Notes under the pieces: model-generated | Databases searched by the model: none | The model's input: the letters and a program-made list of their open reading frames with translations, nothing else | Told to the model about the DNA's origin: nothing | Shown: positions 44,040 to 57,053 of the stretch, piece by piece | Position numbering within the stretch: position 1 is the stretch's first letter | How the letters are laid out: each line of letters starts with the position of its first letter | Source: the human T2T-CHM13v2.0 reference genome, Homo sapiens | Direction: 5' to 3' (one strand) | DNA length: 64,000 nucleotides | NCBI RefSeq assembly: GCF_009914755.1 | Contig: NC_060947.1 | Made by a program: the position numbers and the translations under genes

Positions 44040-44399
44040 CTTTCTTTCTTTCTTTCTTTTTTTGAGATAGAGTCTTGCTCTGTCACCCAGGCTAGAGTGC
44101 AGTGGCACAATCTCCACTCCCTGCAACCTCCGCCTCCCAGGTTGAAGCAATTCTCCTGCCTCAAGCTCCCAAGTAGCTGAGACTACAGGAGCATGACACC
44201 ACGCCCAGCTATTTGTTTTTTTTTCTTTTTCTTTTTTGTCTGTGTGTGTGTGTGTGTGTGCGTGTGTGTGTGTATTTTTAGTAGAGATGAGGTTTCACCA
44301 TATTGGCCAGGCTGGTCTCCAAATCCTGACCTCAAATGATCTGCCTGCCTCAGCCTCCCAAAGTGCTGGGATTACAGGTGTCAGCCACCATGCCCAGCC
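44040..44399 (-). mobile_element. AluSx/Sz with (TG)n expansion in the central linker
   Basis: Alu dimer GAGATAGAGTCTTGCTCTGTCACCCAGG...CCACCATGCCCAGCC. (TG)n at ~44241-44273. (TTTC)n tail. Confidence 0.9.
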
Positions 44400-44864
44400 A
44401 GCTTATTTCATTTAACACAATGATCTCCAGTTCCATGTATATTGCTGCAAATGACTGGATCTAATTCTTTTTTATGCCTGAATAGTATTCCATTGTGTAT
44501 ATGTATCATGTTTTCTTTATCCATTAATCTGTTGATGAATGTTTAGGTTGTTTCCAAATCTTGGCTATTGTAAACAGTGCTGCAGCAAACATAGAAATGC
44601 AAACATTTCTTTGATATACTGAATCTGTAGATTGCCTTAGGCTGTATGGACATTTTAACAATATTGATTCTTCCAATTAGTGAGCATGGAATATTTTTCC
44701 ATTTTTGGTGTCTTCTTCAATTTCTTTCAACAGTGTTTTGTAGTTTTCATTACAGAGAACTTTCACTTCCTTAGTTAAGCTAATTCCTAGGTATTTAATT
44801 TTATTTGTGGCTATTGCAAATGGATTTACTTTCTTGATTTGTTTTTCAGATTGCTCACTGTTGG

Positions 44865-47288
44865 TGCATTAGTCTGTTCTCACATTGCTATAAAGAACTA
44901 CCTGAGCCTGCGTAATTTATAAAGAAATGAGATTTAATTGACTCACAGTGCCACAGGCTGTATGCTAAGCATGGCTGGCGACATATCAGAAAACTTAGAA
45001 TCATGGCAGAGGCTAAAAGGGAAGCAGGCAGGTCCTACATGGCTGAAACAGAGGAAGAGAGCAAAGGGGGATGTGATACACAGTTTTAAACAACCAGATC
45101 TTGTGAGAACTCTATCACATAACAACAGTAGGGGGATGATGCTAAACCATTAGAAACCACCCCCAGGATCCGATCACTTCCCACCAGATCCCACCTCCAA
45201 CACTGGGGATTACAATTCAGCATGAGATTTGAGTGGAGACAGGGAGCTAGACCATATCATTCCACCCCTGGCTCTCATATCCTTCTCACATTTTAAAATA
45301 CAGTCATGCCTTCCCAACAGTCTCCCAAAGTCTTAACTTATTCCAGCATTAACTAAAAAATCCAAGTCTAAAGTCTCATCTGAGATAAGGTAAATTCCTT
45401 CCACCTATATGAGCCTGTAAAATAAAAAAACAAGTTAGTTACTTTCCAGATAAAATGAGGTACAGGCATTGGATAAATGCTTCTGTTCCAAAAGGGAGAA
45501 ACTGGCCAAAGCAAATGGGGCTACAGGCCATATGCAAGTACAAAATCCAGCAGGGCAGTTATTAAATCTAAAAGATTTAAAACAATCTCCTTTGACTTCA
45601 TGTCTCACATCCAGGCCACGATGATGCAAAAGGTGGGCTTCCAAGGTCTTGGGCAGCTTCCCCACTGTGGCTCTGCAGGATACAGACCCATTGGCTGGTT
45701 TCACAGACTGGCATTGGGTGCCTGCAACTTTTCCAGGTGCATGGTGCAAGCTTTCTGTGGTTCTACCATTCTGGGGTCTGGAGGACAGTGGCCCTCTTCT
45801 CACAGATCCATTAGGCAGTGCCCCAGTGGGGATGCAATGTGGGGGCTCCAACCCCACATTTTCCCTCTGCAATGCCCTAGTAGAGGTTCTGCATGAGGGT
45901 TCTGCCCCTGAAGCAGACTTCTGCCTGGACACCCAGGTATCTCCATACATTCTCTGAAATCTAGGTGGGAGCAACCAAGCCTCAACTCTTACCCTATGCA
46001 CACCCACAGGCTTAACACCATGTGAAAGCCACCAAAGATTATGGCTTACACCCTCTGTAGCAGTGGACTGAGACGTATCTGGGGCCCTTTCAGCCAAGGC
46101 TGGAGCTAGAATGGCTAGGATGCAGGGAGTAGTGTCCCAAGGTTGTGCAGGTCAGTGGGGCCCTGGGCCTGAGGCCTGGCCCATAAACCCATTCTTCCCT
46201 CCTAGGTATCTATGCCTGTGATTGGAGGGGCTTCTGCAAAGGTCTCTGAAATGGCTTTCAGGCATTTTTCCTATTGCCTTGGCTATTAACATTCCACTCC
46301 TATTTGCTTATGCAAATTTCTGCAGCCAGATTGAATTTCTCCCAAGAAAATGGGTTTTTCTTTTTTACAACATGGCCAGGCTTTACATTTTTAAATCTTT
46401 CACACTCTGCTTACCTTTTCAATATAAGTTCCAGTTTCAGATCATCTCTTTGCTCACACATTTAAGAATATGCTGTTAGAGGCAGCTAGTCCACCTCTTG
46501 AATGCTTTGCTGCTTAAAAATTTCTTTCTCCATATACCCTAAGTCATCAACTTCAAGTTCAAAGTTCCACAGATCTCTAGGACAGGGGCATAATGTCTCC
46601 AACCTCTTTACTAACACATAAAAAAGTAACATTTGCCCCAGTTCCTAATAAGTTTCTCATTTCCATATGAGACCACCTCAACCTGGACTTCATTGTCCAA
46701 ATCACTATCAGCATTTTGTCACAATTTATCAAGTGTCTAAGAAGTTCCAAACTTTCCCTCATCTTTCTGTCTTCTTCTGAGCCTTCCAAACCTTCCAAAC
46801 TGTGTTCCAATCTCTGTCCATTAACCACTTCCAAAGCTGCTTCCACATTTCCAGATATCATTACAGCAATGCCCCACTTTCAGGTCCTAATTTTCTGTAT
46901 TATGCTATTCTCACATTGCTATAAAGAACTACCCAAGCCTGAGTGATTTATAAAGAAAATAGGTTTAATTGGTTCATGGTTCCACAGGCTGTACAGGAAG
47001 CATGGCTGAGGCCTCTGGAAACTTACAATTATGGTGGAAGGTGAATGAGGAACAGGCACTGCCTACATGACTGGAACAGGAGGAAGAGAGTGAAGGGGTA
47101 GGTGCTACACAATTTTAAGCAACCAGATCTCCTGAGAACTCTCTCATGAGACAGAAGTAGGGGGATGGGACTAAACCATTAGAAACCACCTGCATGATCT
47201 AATCACCTCCCACCAGGCCCCATCTCCAACACTTGAATTACAATTCAACATGAAATTGGGGTAGGGACAACAGAGCCAAATCAGATCA
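44865..47288 (-). mobile_element. Complete MSTA/THE1D-type MaLR: LTR 44865-45259, internal 45260-46895, LTR 46896-47288
   Basis: Two ~395-bp direct LTRs (TCTCACATTGCTATAAAGAACTACC...CTAAACCATTAGAAACCAC). Exact 5-bp TSD GTTGG (44860-44864, 47289-47293). Confidence 0.92.
45435..46861 (-). pseudogene. MaLR internal ORF remnant (pieces 46577-46861 and 45435-46097)
   Basis: SLEGLEGSEEDRKMRESLEL and PPRFQRMYG...ENVGLEPPH.IPTGALP.G.VRRGP match the recalled THE1/MST internal ORF. Confidence 0.75.
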
Positions 47289-48368
47289 GTTGGCATACAG
47301 AAATGCTACTAATTTTTTGTTGATTTTGTATCCTGCAACTTTACTGAATTTGCTTATCAGTTCTAATAGTTTCTTGGTCGAGTCTTTAGGTTTTTCCAAA
47401 TATAAGATCATATTATTTGCAAACAAGGACAATTTGACTTCTTCATTCTAATTTGGATGATCTTTATTTTATTCTCTTGTGTGATTTCTCTAGCCGAGAT
47501 TTCCAATACTATGTGGAATAACCATGGTGAAAGTGGGCATCTTTGTCATGTTCAGATATTAAGGGAAAGGCTTTCAGTTTTTTCGTGTTAAGTATGAAAT
47601 TAGCTGTGGTTCTGTCATATATGGCTTTTATTATAATGAGATATGTTTCTTCTATGCCAAGTATTTTAGGGTTTTTATCATGAGGGAATATTGAATTTTA
47701 TCAACTGCTTTTTCAGCATCAATTGAAATGATTATATGGTTTTTATCCTTCACTCTATTGACATGAGATATCACATTGATTAATTTAAATATGTTGAACC
47801 ATCCTTGCATCCCAGGGATTAATCCTACCTGGTTATAATGAACAATCATTTTAATGTATTTTTGTATTCAGTTTTCTAGGATTTTGTTCAGATTTTTCTT
47901 GCATAAATGTTCATCAGAGATACTTGCTTGTGGTTCCCTTTGTTTGATGTGTCTTTTTCTGATTTTTGTATCAGGGTAATCCTGGCTTGCAAGAATGAGT
48001 TTGGAAGTATTCCCTCCTCTTCTATCTTTCAGAATAGTTTGTGTAGAATTGATATTAGTTATTATTAAATGTTTGTTAGAATTCAGCAGTAAATCCATTG
48101 GGTCTTGGGCTTTCCTATAATGGGACACATTTTATTATGTATTCAATTCTGTTACTTGTTATTGGTCTGTTCAGATTTTGGGCTTCTTTCTAGTTCAATC
48201 TTGGTAGTTTGTATGTGTCTAGGAATTTCTCCATTACTTCTAGATTTTTCTAATTTATTTGCATGTAGTTGCTCATAGCCACTAATGATCCTTTGACTTT
48301 CTACAGTATCATTTGCAATGTCTACTTTTTTCTTTCTGATTTTATGTATTCAGATCTTCTCTCTTTTT

Positions 48369-51300
48369 TTATTTCAATAGGTTTTTGGGGAACAGGTGGT
48401 GTTTGGGTATATTAAGTTATTTAGTGGTGATTTATGAGATTTTGGTGTACCTATCACCCAAACAGTGAACACTGTACCCAATGTGCAGTCTTTTATCCCT
48501 CATACCCCACCACTCTTTCCCCCAAGTCCCTAAAATCTATCATATCATTATTATGCCTTTGCATCCTCGTAACTTAGCTTCACCTCATGAGTGAGAACAT
48601 ACAATGTTTGGTTTTCCACTCCTGAGTTGCATCACTTAGAATAATGGTCTCCAGTTTCATCCAGGTTGCTGTGAATGCCATGATTTCATTTCTTTTTATG
48701 GCTGAGTATGATTCCATTGTATATACATACCACGTTTTCTTTATCCACTCATTCATTGATGGACATTTGGGCTGGTTCCATGTTTTTGCAATTGCAAATT
48801 GTGCTGCTATAAACATGTATGTGCAACTATCTTTTTTAATATAATGACTTCTTTTTCTCTGAGTAGATACCCAGTAGCGGGATTGTTTGATCAAATGGTA
48901 GATTTATCTTTAGTTCTTTAAGGAATCTCCACACTGTTTTCCATAGTGGTTGTACTAGTTTTCTTTCCCAGCAACAGTGTAAAAGTGTTCTCTTTTTACC
49001 ACATTCATGTGAACATATATTATTTTTTGTTTTTTTTTTTATTATGGCCATTCTTGTAGGAGTAAGGTGGTATCACATTGTGGTTTTGATTGGCATTTTC
49101 CTGATAATTAGTTATGTTGAGCATTTTTTTCATATGTTTGTTAGCCATTTGTATATCTTCTTTTGAGAATTGTCAATTCATGTCCTTAGCCCACTTTTTG
49201 ATAGGATTGTTTGTTTTTCTCTTGCTTTTTCATTTGAGTTCCCTGTAGATTCTGGATATTAGTCCTTTGTCAGATGTATAGATTGCAAATATTTTCTCCC
49301 ATTCTGTGGTCTGTCTGTTTACTCTGTTATTTCTTCTGCTATGCAGAAGATTTTTTACTTTAATTAGGTCCCATCTATTTATTTTGTTTTTGTTGTATTT
49401 GCTTTGGGGTTCTTGGTCATGAAGTCTTCAAATACACCAATGTCTAGAAGAGTTTGTCTAATGTTATTTTCTAGAATTTTATGGTTTTAGGTTTAGATAT
49501 AAATTTTTGATCCAACTTGAGTTAATTTTCATATAAATCAAGAGATAATGATCCAGTTCCATTCTTCTACATGTGGCTTGCCAGTTATTTCTGCACCATT
49601 TTGTTGAATAGGGTATCCTTTCCCCATGTTTTGTTTTTGTTTGCTTTCTAAAAAATCAGTTGACTGTAAGTACCTGGCTTTATTTCTTGGTTCTCTATTC
49701 TGTTCCATTGGTCTATATGCCTATTTTTATAACAGTACCATGCCATTTTGGTGACTATGGCCTTATAGTATAATTTGAAGTTGAGTAATGCCATGCCTCC
49801 AGATTTGTTCTTTTTTCTTACTCTTGTTTGTCTATGTGGGCTCCTTATTTTATCTAGTTCTGTGAAGAATGATGGTGGTATTTTGATGGAAATTAAATTT
49901 GTAGGTTGCTTTTGGCAGTATGGTCATTTTCACAATGTTGATTCTACTCATCCATGAGCATGGGGTGTGTTTCCATTGGTTTGTGTCATCTATGATTTCT
50001 TTTAGCAGTGTTTTGTAGTTTTCCTTGTATAAGTCTTTCACCTTTTTGCATAAACATATTCCTAAGTATTTTAACTTCTTTGCAGTTGTAAAAGGGGTTG
50101 AGTTCTTGATTTGATTCTCAGCTTGGTCACTGTTGGTGTATAGCAGAGCTACTGATTTGTGTACATAAATTTTGTATCCTGAAACTTTGTTGAATTCATT
50201 GACCAGTTCTAGGAGCTTTTTGGATGAATATTTAGGGTTTTCCAGGTATACAATCAAATCATCACCAAACAGAGACAGTTTGACTTCCTCTTCACCAATT
50301 TGGATGCCTTTGGTTACTTCTCTTTTCTGATTGCTCTGGCTAGGAGTTCCAGTACTATGTTGAATAGAAGTGGTGAAAGTGGGCATCCTTGTCTTGTTCC
50401 AGTTCTCAGAGGGAATGCTTTCAACATTTCCCTATTCAGTATAATGTTGGCTCTGGGTTTGTCATAGATGGCTTTTATTATCTTAAGGCATGTCCCTTCT
50501 ATTCTGATTTTGCTGGGGGTTTTAATCACAAAGGGCTGCTCAATTTTGCCTATGCTTTATCTGCATCTATTCAGATGATCATATGGTTATTGTTTTTAAT
50601 TCTATTTATGTGGTGTATCACATTTATTGACTTGGATATGTTAAACTATCACTGCATCCCTGGTATGAAACCCACTTGATCATGGCGTATAATCTTTTTA
50701 ATATGCTGTCACGTTCAGTTAGCTAGTATTTTGTAGAGGATATTTGCATCTGTGTTCATCAGGGATATTGGTCTGTAGTTTAATGTTTTTGTTATGTCCT
50801 TTACTCTTTGTGGTATTTGAGTGATACTGTCTTCACTGAATTCTGTACTATCATTTGTAATATCCCATGCTTTATTTCTAATTGAGCTTATTTAGATCTT
50901 CTTTTCTTGGTTGATCTTGCTAATTTTCTATCAATTTCATATATCTTTTTGAAGAACCAGCTTGTAGTTACATTTGTATTTTCTATTTTTTTGTTTAGAT
51001 TTCATGTAGTTCTGTTCTGATCTTGGTTATTTCTTTTCTTCTGCTGTGTTTGGGTTTGTTTCATTCTTTTTTCTCTAGTTCCTTGAAGTGTGACATTAAA
51101 TTGTCTATTTATGCCCTTTCAGAATTTTTTATGTAGGCACTTAATGCTATGACGTTTCCTCTTAGCACCACTTTTGCTGTATCTCAGAGGTTTTGATAGG
51201 TTGTGTTACTATTATTCAGTTTAAAGAATTTTTTAATTTTTATCTTGATTTCATTGTTGATCCAATGATCATTCAGAACCAGGTTATTTAATGTCCATGT

Positions 51301-53773
51301 ATTTTTATGGTATTGAGAGTTCCTTTTGGAGTTGATTAACAAATTTATTTTACTGTGGTCTGAAAGAGTACTTGCTATAATTTCAATTATCTTAAATTTG
51401 GTGAGACTTGTTTGTGGCCCATCATATGGTCTATCTTGGAGAATGTTCCATGTGCTGATGAGCAGAATGTATATTCTGCAGTTGTTGGGTAGAATGTTCT
51501 GTAAATATCTGTTAAGTCCATTTGTTCTAGGTTATAGTTTAAATCCATTGTTTCTTTGTTGACTTTTTTTCTTGATGACCTGTCTAGTGCTGTCAGTGAA
51601 GTATTGAAACCTCCCACTATTATTATGTTGTTATCTATTTTATTTTTTAGTTCTAGTAGTAATTGTTTTATAAATTTGGGAGTTCCAGTGTTAGGTGCAT
51701 CTATGTTTAGCATTGTGATATTTTCTTGTTGGACTAGTCATTTTATCATCATATAATGACCCTTTTTGTCATTTTTAACTGCTGTTACTTAAAAAATTTT
51801 TTTTCTGATATAAAAATAGCTACTCTTGCTCACTTTTGGTGTCCATTTGCATGGAATATCTTTTTCCACACCTTTACCTTAAATTTGTGTGAGTCTTAAT
51901 GTGAAAGGAGTCTCTTGAAGACAGCAGATACTTGGTTGGTGATTTCTTATCCATTCTGCCATTCTGTATCTTTTAAGTGGAGCATTTAGGCCATTTACAT
52001 TTGTGGTTAGCATTGAGATGTCAGGTATTATTCTATTCATTATGCTATTTGTTGCCTGAATACCTTTTTTTTTTTTCATTGTGTAATTGTTTTATAGGTC
52101 CTCTGAGATTTCCTCTTTAAGGAGATTCTATTTTGGTGTGTTTCCAAAATTTGTTTCAATATTTAGAGCTACTTGTATCAGTTCTTGTGGTGCTGGCTTG
52201 GTAGTGGCAAATTCTCTCAGCATTTGTCTGTCTGAAAAAGACTATATTTTTCCTTCATTTATGAAGCTTAGTTTTTCTGGATATAAAATTCTTGGCTGAT
52301 AATTGTTTTATTTACGGAGGCTAAAGATAAGATCCCAACCCCTTCTAGGTGGCAGGATTTCTGCTGAGAAATCTGCTGTTAATCTGACAGGTTATTATTT
52401 TTTATACGTTACTTAATTATTTTACTTCACAGTTCTTAAGATTCTTTCCTTCATCTTGACTTTATATAACCATGATGACTATTTTTGCAATAAATTTCCC
52501 AGGTGTTCTTTGAGTTTCTTGTATTTGGATGTCTAGCTCTCTAGCAAAGCTGGGGAAGTTTTCCTCAATTATTCCCTTGAATATGTTTTCCTTACTTGTA
52601 GATTTTTCTTCTTTCTCAGGAACACCAATTATTCTAATGTTTGATAATTTAACATTATCCCAAACCTCTTGGAGGCTTTGGTCATTTATTAAATTCTTTT
52701 TTCTTTGTCTTTGTCTGATTGCGTTAATTCAAAAGGCTTCTCTTTGAGCTCTGAAGTTCTTTCTTCTACTTGTTTGATTCTATTGCTGAGACTTTTCAGT
52801 GCATTTTGCAATTCATTTCCAGAAGCTGTGATTGTTTCTTATTTATTCTATCTTTTTCTCTGGAGATGTTTCCATTTATAGCCTGTATCCATTTTTTCAT
52901 TTTTTTAAGCTGGACTTCACCTTTCTCTGGTGCTTCCTTGATTGGCTTAATAGTTGACCTTCTGAATTATTTTTCTTGCAATTCAGAGATTTGGTCTTGG
53001 TTTGGATCCATTGCTAGTGAGCCAGTGTGATCTTTTGGGGATGTTAACGAACGTTGTTATGTCATATTACCAAAGATTGTTTTTTTGGTTTCTTTTCATT
53101 TGGGTAGACTATGTCAGAGGGAAGATCTTGTACTCAAGGGGTGCTGTTCATATTCTTTTGTCCCATGGGGAGTTCTCTTAATGTGATTCTCTCCCCTTTC
53201 CCTTAGGGATAGAGCTTCCTGAGAGTCAAACTTCAGTGATGGTTACTTCTCTTCTGATTCCAACCACCCAGTGAAGCTATTGGGCTCTAGGCTGATACTG
53301 GGGAGTGTCTACGGAGTCCTTTGATGTGATCAGTTTTCAGGTCTCTCAGCCATGGATACCAGCACCTGCTCTGGTGGAGGTAGCAGGGAATTGAAGTGGA
53401 CTCTGTGAGGGTCTTTTGTTGTATTTTTGTTAAACGCACTGGTTTTGTGTTAGTTGGCCTCCAGCCAGCAGGTGGTGCTTTCAAGAGTGAATCAGTTGTG
53501 GTAGTATAGGGATGATCAGGCAGTGGGCAGAACTATAGGGCTCCCAAGAGATTATGTTATTTGTCTTCAGAGTTCCTTGGCTGTCCCACAGAGTCTGCAG
53601 TGGCAGTCCACTTCCTTCAAAGGCTCTGTGTATTCTCTAGGCTGTCTTGGTATGTTCCTGTGGTAGTTCTTGGAGCAAAAGTTCGTAATGTGGGTCTCCA
53701 AATGCTGCTCTGTCCATCCAAGTGGGAGTTGCAAGTTAGTCTTGCCTCCTATCAACCATTTTCCCAGAAGTGA
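48369..53773 (-). mobile_element. L1PB1-like element with both ends, internally deleted (~5.4 kb)
   Basis: L1PB 3'UTR. ORF2 pieces ([19 protein letters not shown]) and ORF1. L1PBa-like 5' end CCTCCTATCAACCATTTTCCCAGAAG. Degenerate TSD ATCTTCT(C/T)T(C/T)TTTTT at 48354 and 53774. Confidence 0.85.
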
Positions 53774-54838
53774 ATCTTCTTTTTTTTTTCTTAGTCTAGC
53801 TAAAGGTTTGTCAATTTTCTTTAACTTTTCAAAAAAAATCAACTTTTTATTTTATTGATCTTTTATAATGTTTTCTTCATTTCAAATTTATGCTCTGATC
53901 TTTATTTTTTTTTTCTTTTACTAGTTTTGGGTTTGGTTTGATTTTGCATTTCTAGTTCTTTAAGATGCATTGTTAGATTGTTTGAAGTTTTTCCTCTTTT
54001 TTGATGTAGGCACTCATAAACTTCATTTTTAGTATTGCTTTTGCTGTATCCCATAGGTTTTGGTATGTTATGTTTCCATTATCATTTGTTTCAACAAATT
54101 TGTCAATTTTCTTCTTAATTTCTTCTTTGATCCACTGGCCATTCAGAGGCATATTGTTTAATTTTCATGTATTTCTATAGTTTCAAAAATCCCTACTTTC
54201 ATTAATTTCTAGTTTTATTCCACTGTGTTCAGAGAAGATGCTTGAGAGTATTTCATTTTTTTTGTGAATGTTTAAGACTTGTTTCATCACCTTACATATG
54301 GTCTATCCTTGAGAAGGATTCATGTGCAGAGGAAAAGAATGTGCATTCTGCAGCTTTTGGATGAAATGTTCTGTAAATATCTGTTAGATCCATGTGGCCT
54401 ATAGTGCAGATTAAGTCTGATGTTTCTTTTTTTTTATTTTCTTTCTAGAAGATCTGTTCAATACTGAAAGCAGGAGGGAGTGCAACTTGATGCAATCACT
54501 TTGATTAGTAATTTGATATTATCAGATTAATTTGAAAATATGTGTAGCCTATAAACTAGATATTTTGGTTATTGATACATGTCCTTGATTAACTTTTTGT
54601 ACGTGTGTACCTGGAGATCTATCCAAGGACACAAATTGTAAAAGTGGAAAATTGGAGAACAAATAAATTACGGTTTACTTAATTGATGAACTACCTGACT
54701 CACTTATAATGAATGAGCTTAATCTAAACATATCAATAAAGGTAGTAATCAAAACATAATTTTGAGTAAAAACCAAGTTGCAGAAACAAATATAGATTGT
54801 GATAACATGTGTATAGTTTTTAAAAATATATATAGCAG

Positions 54839-55058
54839 GTCAAGTGTGTTGGCTCATGCATGCAATCCCAGCATGTTTGGAGGCTGCCGTGGGAGGAGAT
54901 TGCTTAAGGTCAGTAATTTGTGTCCAGCCGTGGGAACATAGCAAGACATGATCTGTTAAAAAAACTGAAATAAATAAATAGCCAGACATTGTTGTGCATG
55001 ACTTTAGTCCTAGCTAATCAAAAGGCTGAGACAAGAGGATTGTTTGAACCCAGGAGCT
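54839..55058 (+). mobile_element. AluJ, 3'-truncated
   Basis: GGAGGAGATTGCTTAAGG..AACATAGCAAGAC..GAGGATTGTTTGAACCCAGGAG (J-type). Highly diverged. Confidence 0.8.
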
Positions 55059-55308
55059 CTCCTGGGTCTCAAGCTTTTCAACTCACCCTACACACGTCTT
55101 GGGATTTGTCAACCTTTTTAATGGCATGAGCAATTTCTTAAAAAATCAAGATTTCACTCTTTCTCTCTCTCCCTCTCCCTCTCTCTCAGAATTTACAATG
55201 ATATCTGAGAGACAGTATGTGTAAAATCAGAGAGAAAGTAAAAGCTATAAATAGATACAGGTAGCTAACTATATTTAATCTCTCTCTCTCTCTCTCTCTC
55301 TCTATGTA

Positions 55309-55545
55309 TGTATTAGTCAGGGTTCTCTAGGGGGACAGAATGAATTTTATATATATATATGTGTATATATATGTGTATATATTTGTGTGTATATATATGT
55401 GTATATATATGTGTGTGTATATATATGTGTATATATATGTGTGTATATATATGTGTATATATATGTGTGTGTATATATGTGTGTATATATATGTGTGTAT
55501 ATATATATGTGTATATATATATATGGGAGATACATATGGGAGATA

Positions 55546-55582
<37 letters not shown>

Positions 55583-55950
55583 TAACTTACATAATCACAA
55601 GGTCCCACAATAGGCTGTCTGCAAGCTGAGGAGCAAGGAGAGCCAGTCTGAGTCCCAAAACTGAAGAACTTGAAGTCCGATGTTCAAGGACAGGAAGCAT
55701 CCACATGGGAGAAAGTTATAGGCTGGGAGACTAGGCCAGTCTAGTCTTCACATTTTTCTGCCTGCTTCATATTCTAGCTATGCTGGCAGCTAATTAGATG
55801 GTGCCCACCCAGATTAAGGGTGGATTTGCCTTTTCCAACCCACTGACTCAAATGTTAATCTCCTTTGGCAACACCTTCACAGACACACCTAGGATCAATA
55901 CTTTGCATCCTTCATTCCAATCAAGTTGACACTCAGTATTAATCATCACG
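55309..55950 (-). mobile_element. MLT2A1 (HERVL LTR)
   Basis: TGTATTAGTCAGGGTTCTCTAG...CACAAGGTCCCACAATAGGCTGTCTGCAAGCTGAGGAGCAAGG...CAAGTTGACACTCAGTATTAATCATCAC. Confidence 0.85.
55348..55580. repeat. Compound (TA/TG)n array (~175 bp) plus (CA)n
   Basis: Directly visible; it generates the Y/I/C/V and H/T low-complexity ORFs. Confidence 0.95.
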
Positions 55951-55961
55951 CTCTCTCTCTC

Positions 55962-55997
<36 letters not shown>

Positions 55998-56653
55998 TAG
56001 ATAGGTATAATCTCTCCTATTGGTTTTGTTTCTCTAGAGAATCCTGACTAATACAGTAGGACATATGACATGATCATGAAAGAAGATGATTCAGGGGAAT
56101 TAGGGAGGGAGGATTATGACATTGGTTAGGAGAACAGCAAAACTCCAACTTTACTTTTATGATATTTGTTTCCAAATAAAAAATTGAAACAAAAATTTAA
56201 AAAGTTAACTTCTTTATTATGCAAGAATATTTTATATTATTCTCTGTGTATTTCTGGATTTTAAAGATTTTCTTAAAAATGTTTCTCCACATAGTGTTTT
56301 ATTGATAGTAAATTATAAATATTCTGTAATTTTCATTGTAATTTTTTATTTAACCTATAAGTTACTTAGCAGTGCATTTTGGGATTTTAAAAATTCTTAA
56401 ATGTTAGCTTCTAATTCATTTACATCATGTTTAGTAACTTTGATGTGCATGTTACCTATTCTTAGAATTTTGTTAAGGTATTCTGGTATATACTCAGATT
56501 TGTAAATCTTCCTTGTGTAACTGAAGAAATGCTCTATTTGTTGAGCATTTGATAAAGCTTATTATATTTACATTTCTAGTATTTTATTTACTAATTTTTG
56601 TTTATCTGAGCTATCGGTTTCTTATGAAACTGTGATAACATTACCTACTATTT

Positions 56654-56698
56654 GTGTGTCTGTGTGTGTCTGTGTGTGTCTGTGTGTGTCTGTGTGTC
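56654..56698. repeat. (TGTGTGT[GT]C)n microsatellite
   Basis: tgtgtgtctgtgtgtgtctgtgtgtgtc... Confidence 0.9.
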
Positions 56699-56719
56699 AG
56701 GTTATCCATGGATCAATAA

Positions 56720-57053
56720 TTGTTTTATCCTGTTTCTCTGTGAGCAGTAGGATATTTCCCATATGCATGGTCCAAACTCATCACTTTGATAATATTGCAA
56801 GTAGTAGAATAAAGGAAAGGAGAAAGACACGGGGTGTTTACTAACTTTAAGGATGCATCTCAGAAATTTCACGCCTTACTTCTTCTCATGTCTTTAGCCC
56901 AGACTTTGTTACATGACCACACATAGATGTAAATGAGACTGAGAAAGTTAGACTTTATTCTCGATAAGCATGTGTGGAGCTCACATTAGTGGTAGTAACA
57001 CTAAGAGAGATGAGAATCTAGAATTTAAGTAGCAACTAGCAGTCTCTGTTGCA
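56720..57053 (-). mobile_element. MLT1J-type LTR fragment
   Basis: ACATGACCACAC.TAG.TGTAA..GAGACTGAGAAA...GCAACTAGCAGTCTCTGTTGCA. Confidence 0.6.

Larger units (their letters stand above)
43613..54475 (-). mobile_element. L1MA1/2, 5'-truncated, hosting Alu, MSTA and L1PB1
   Basis: 3' end TTTTGTGGGTACATAGTAGGTG...GGCATGCAAC; collinear ORF2 pieces. Degenerate TSD GGGAATGCAAATT (43600-43612) / GGGAGTGCAACTT (54476-54488). Confidence 0.82.
55059..56055 (+). mobile_element. MLT2C/D 3' part, split by MLT2A1
   Basis: CTCCTGGGTCTCAAGC...TGAGCAATTTCTTA on the left; CCTATTGGTTTTGTTTCTCTAGAGAATCCTGACTAATACA on the right. Confidence 0.7.
42650..56250 (+). mobile_element. Old L1ME 3' region acting as outermost host (pieces ~42650-43612, 54476-54835, 56055-56250)
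   Basis: AGGCAATTCACAAAAG...TTTTGGTGGGAATGCAAA on the left continues as GGGAGTGCAACTTGATGCAATCACTTTG on the right. A possible old MLT1 lies at ~42960-43450. Confidence 0.55.

Noticed and set aside
55313-55629. Six overlapping Tyr/Ile/His/Cys-rich ORFs
   Set aside because: They are translations of the (TA/TG)n and (CA)n microsatellite.
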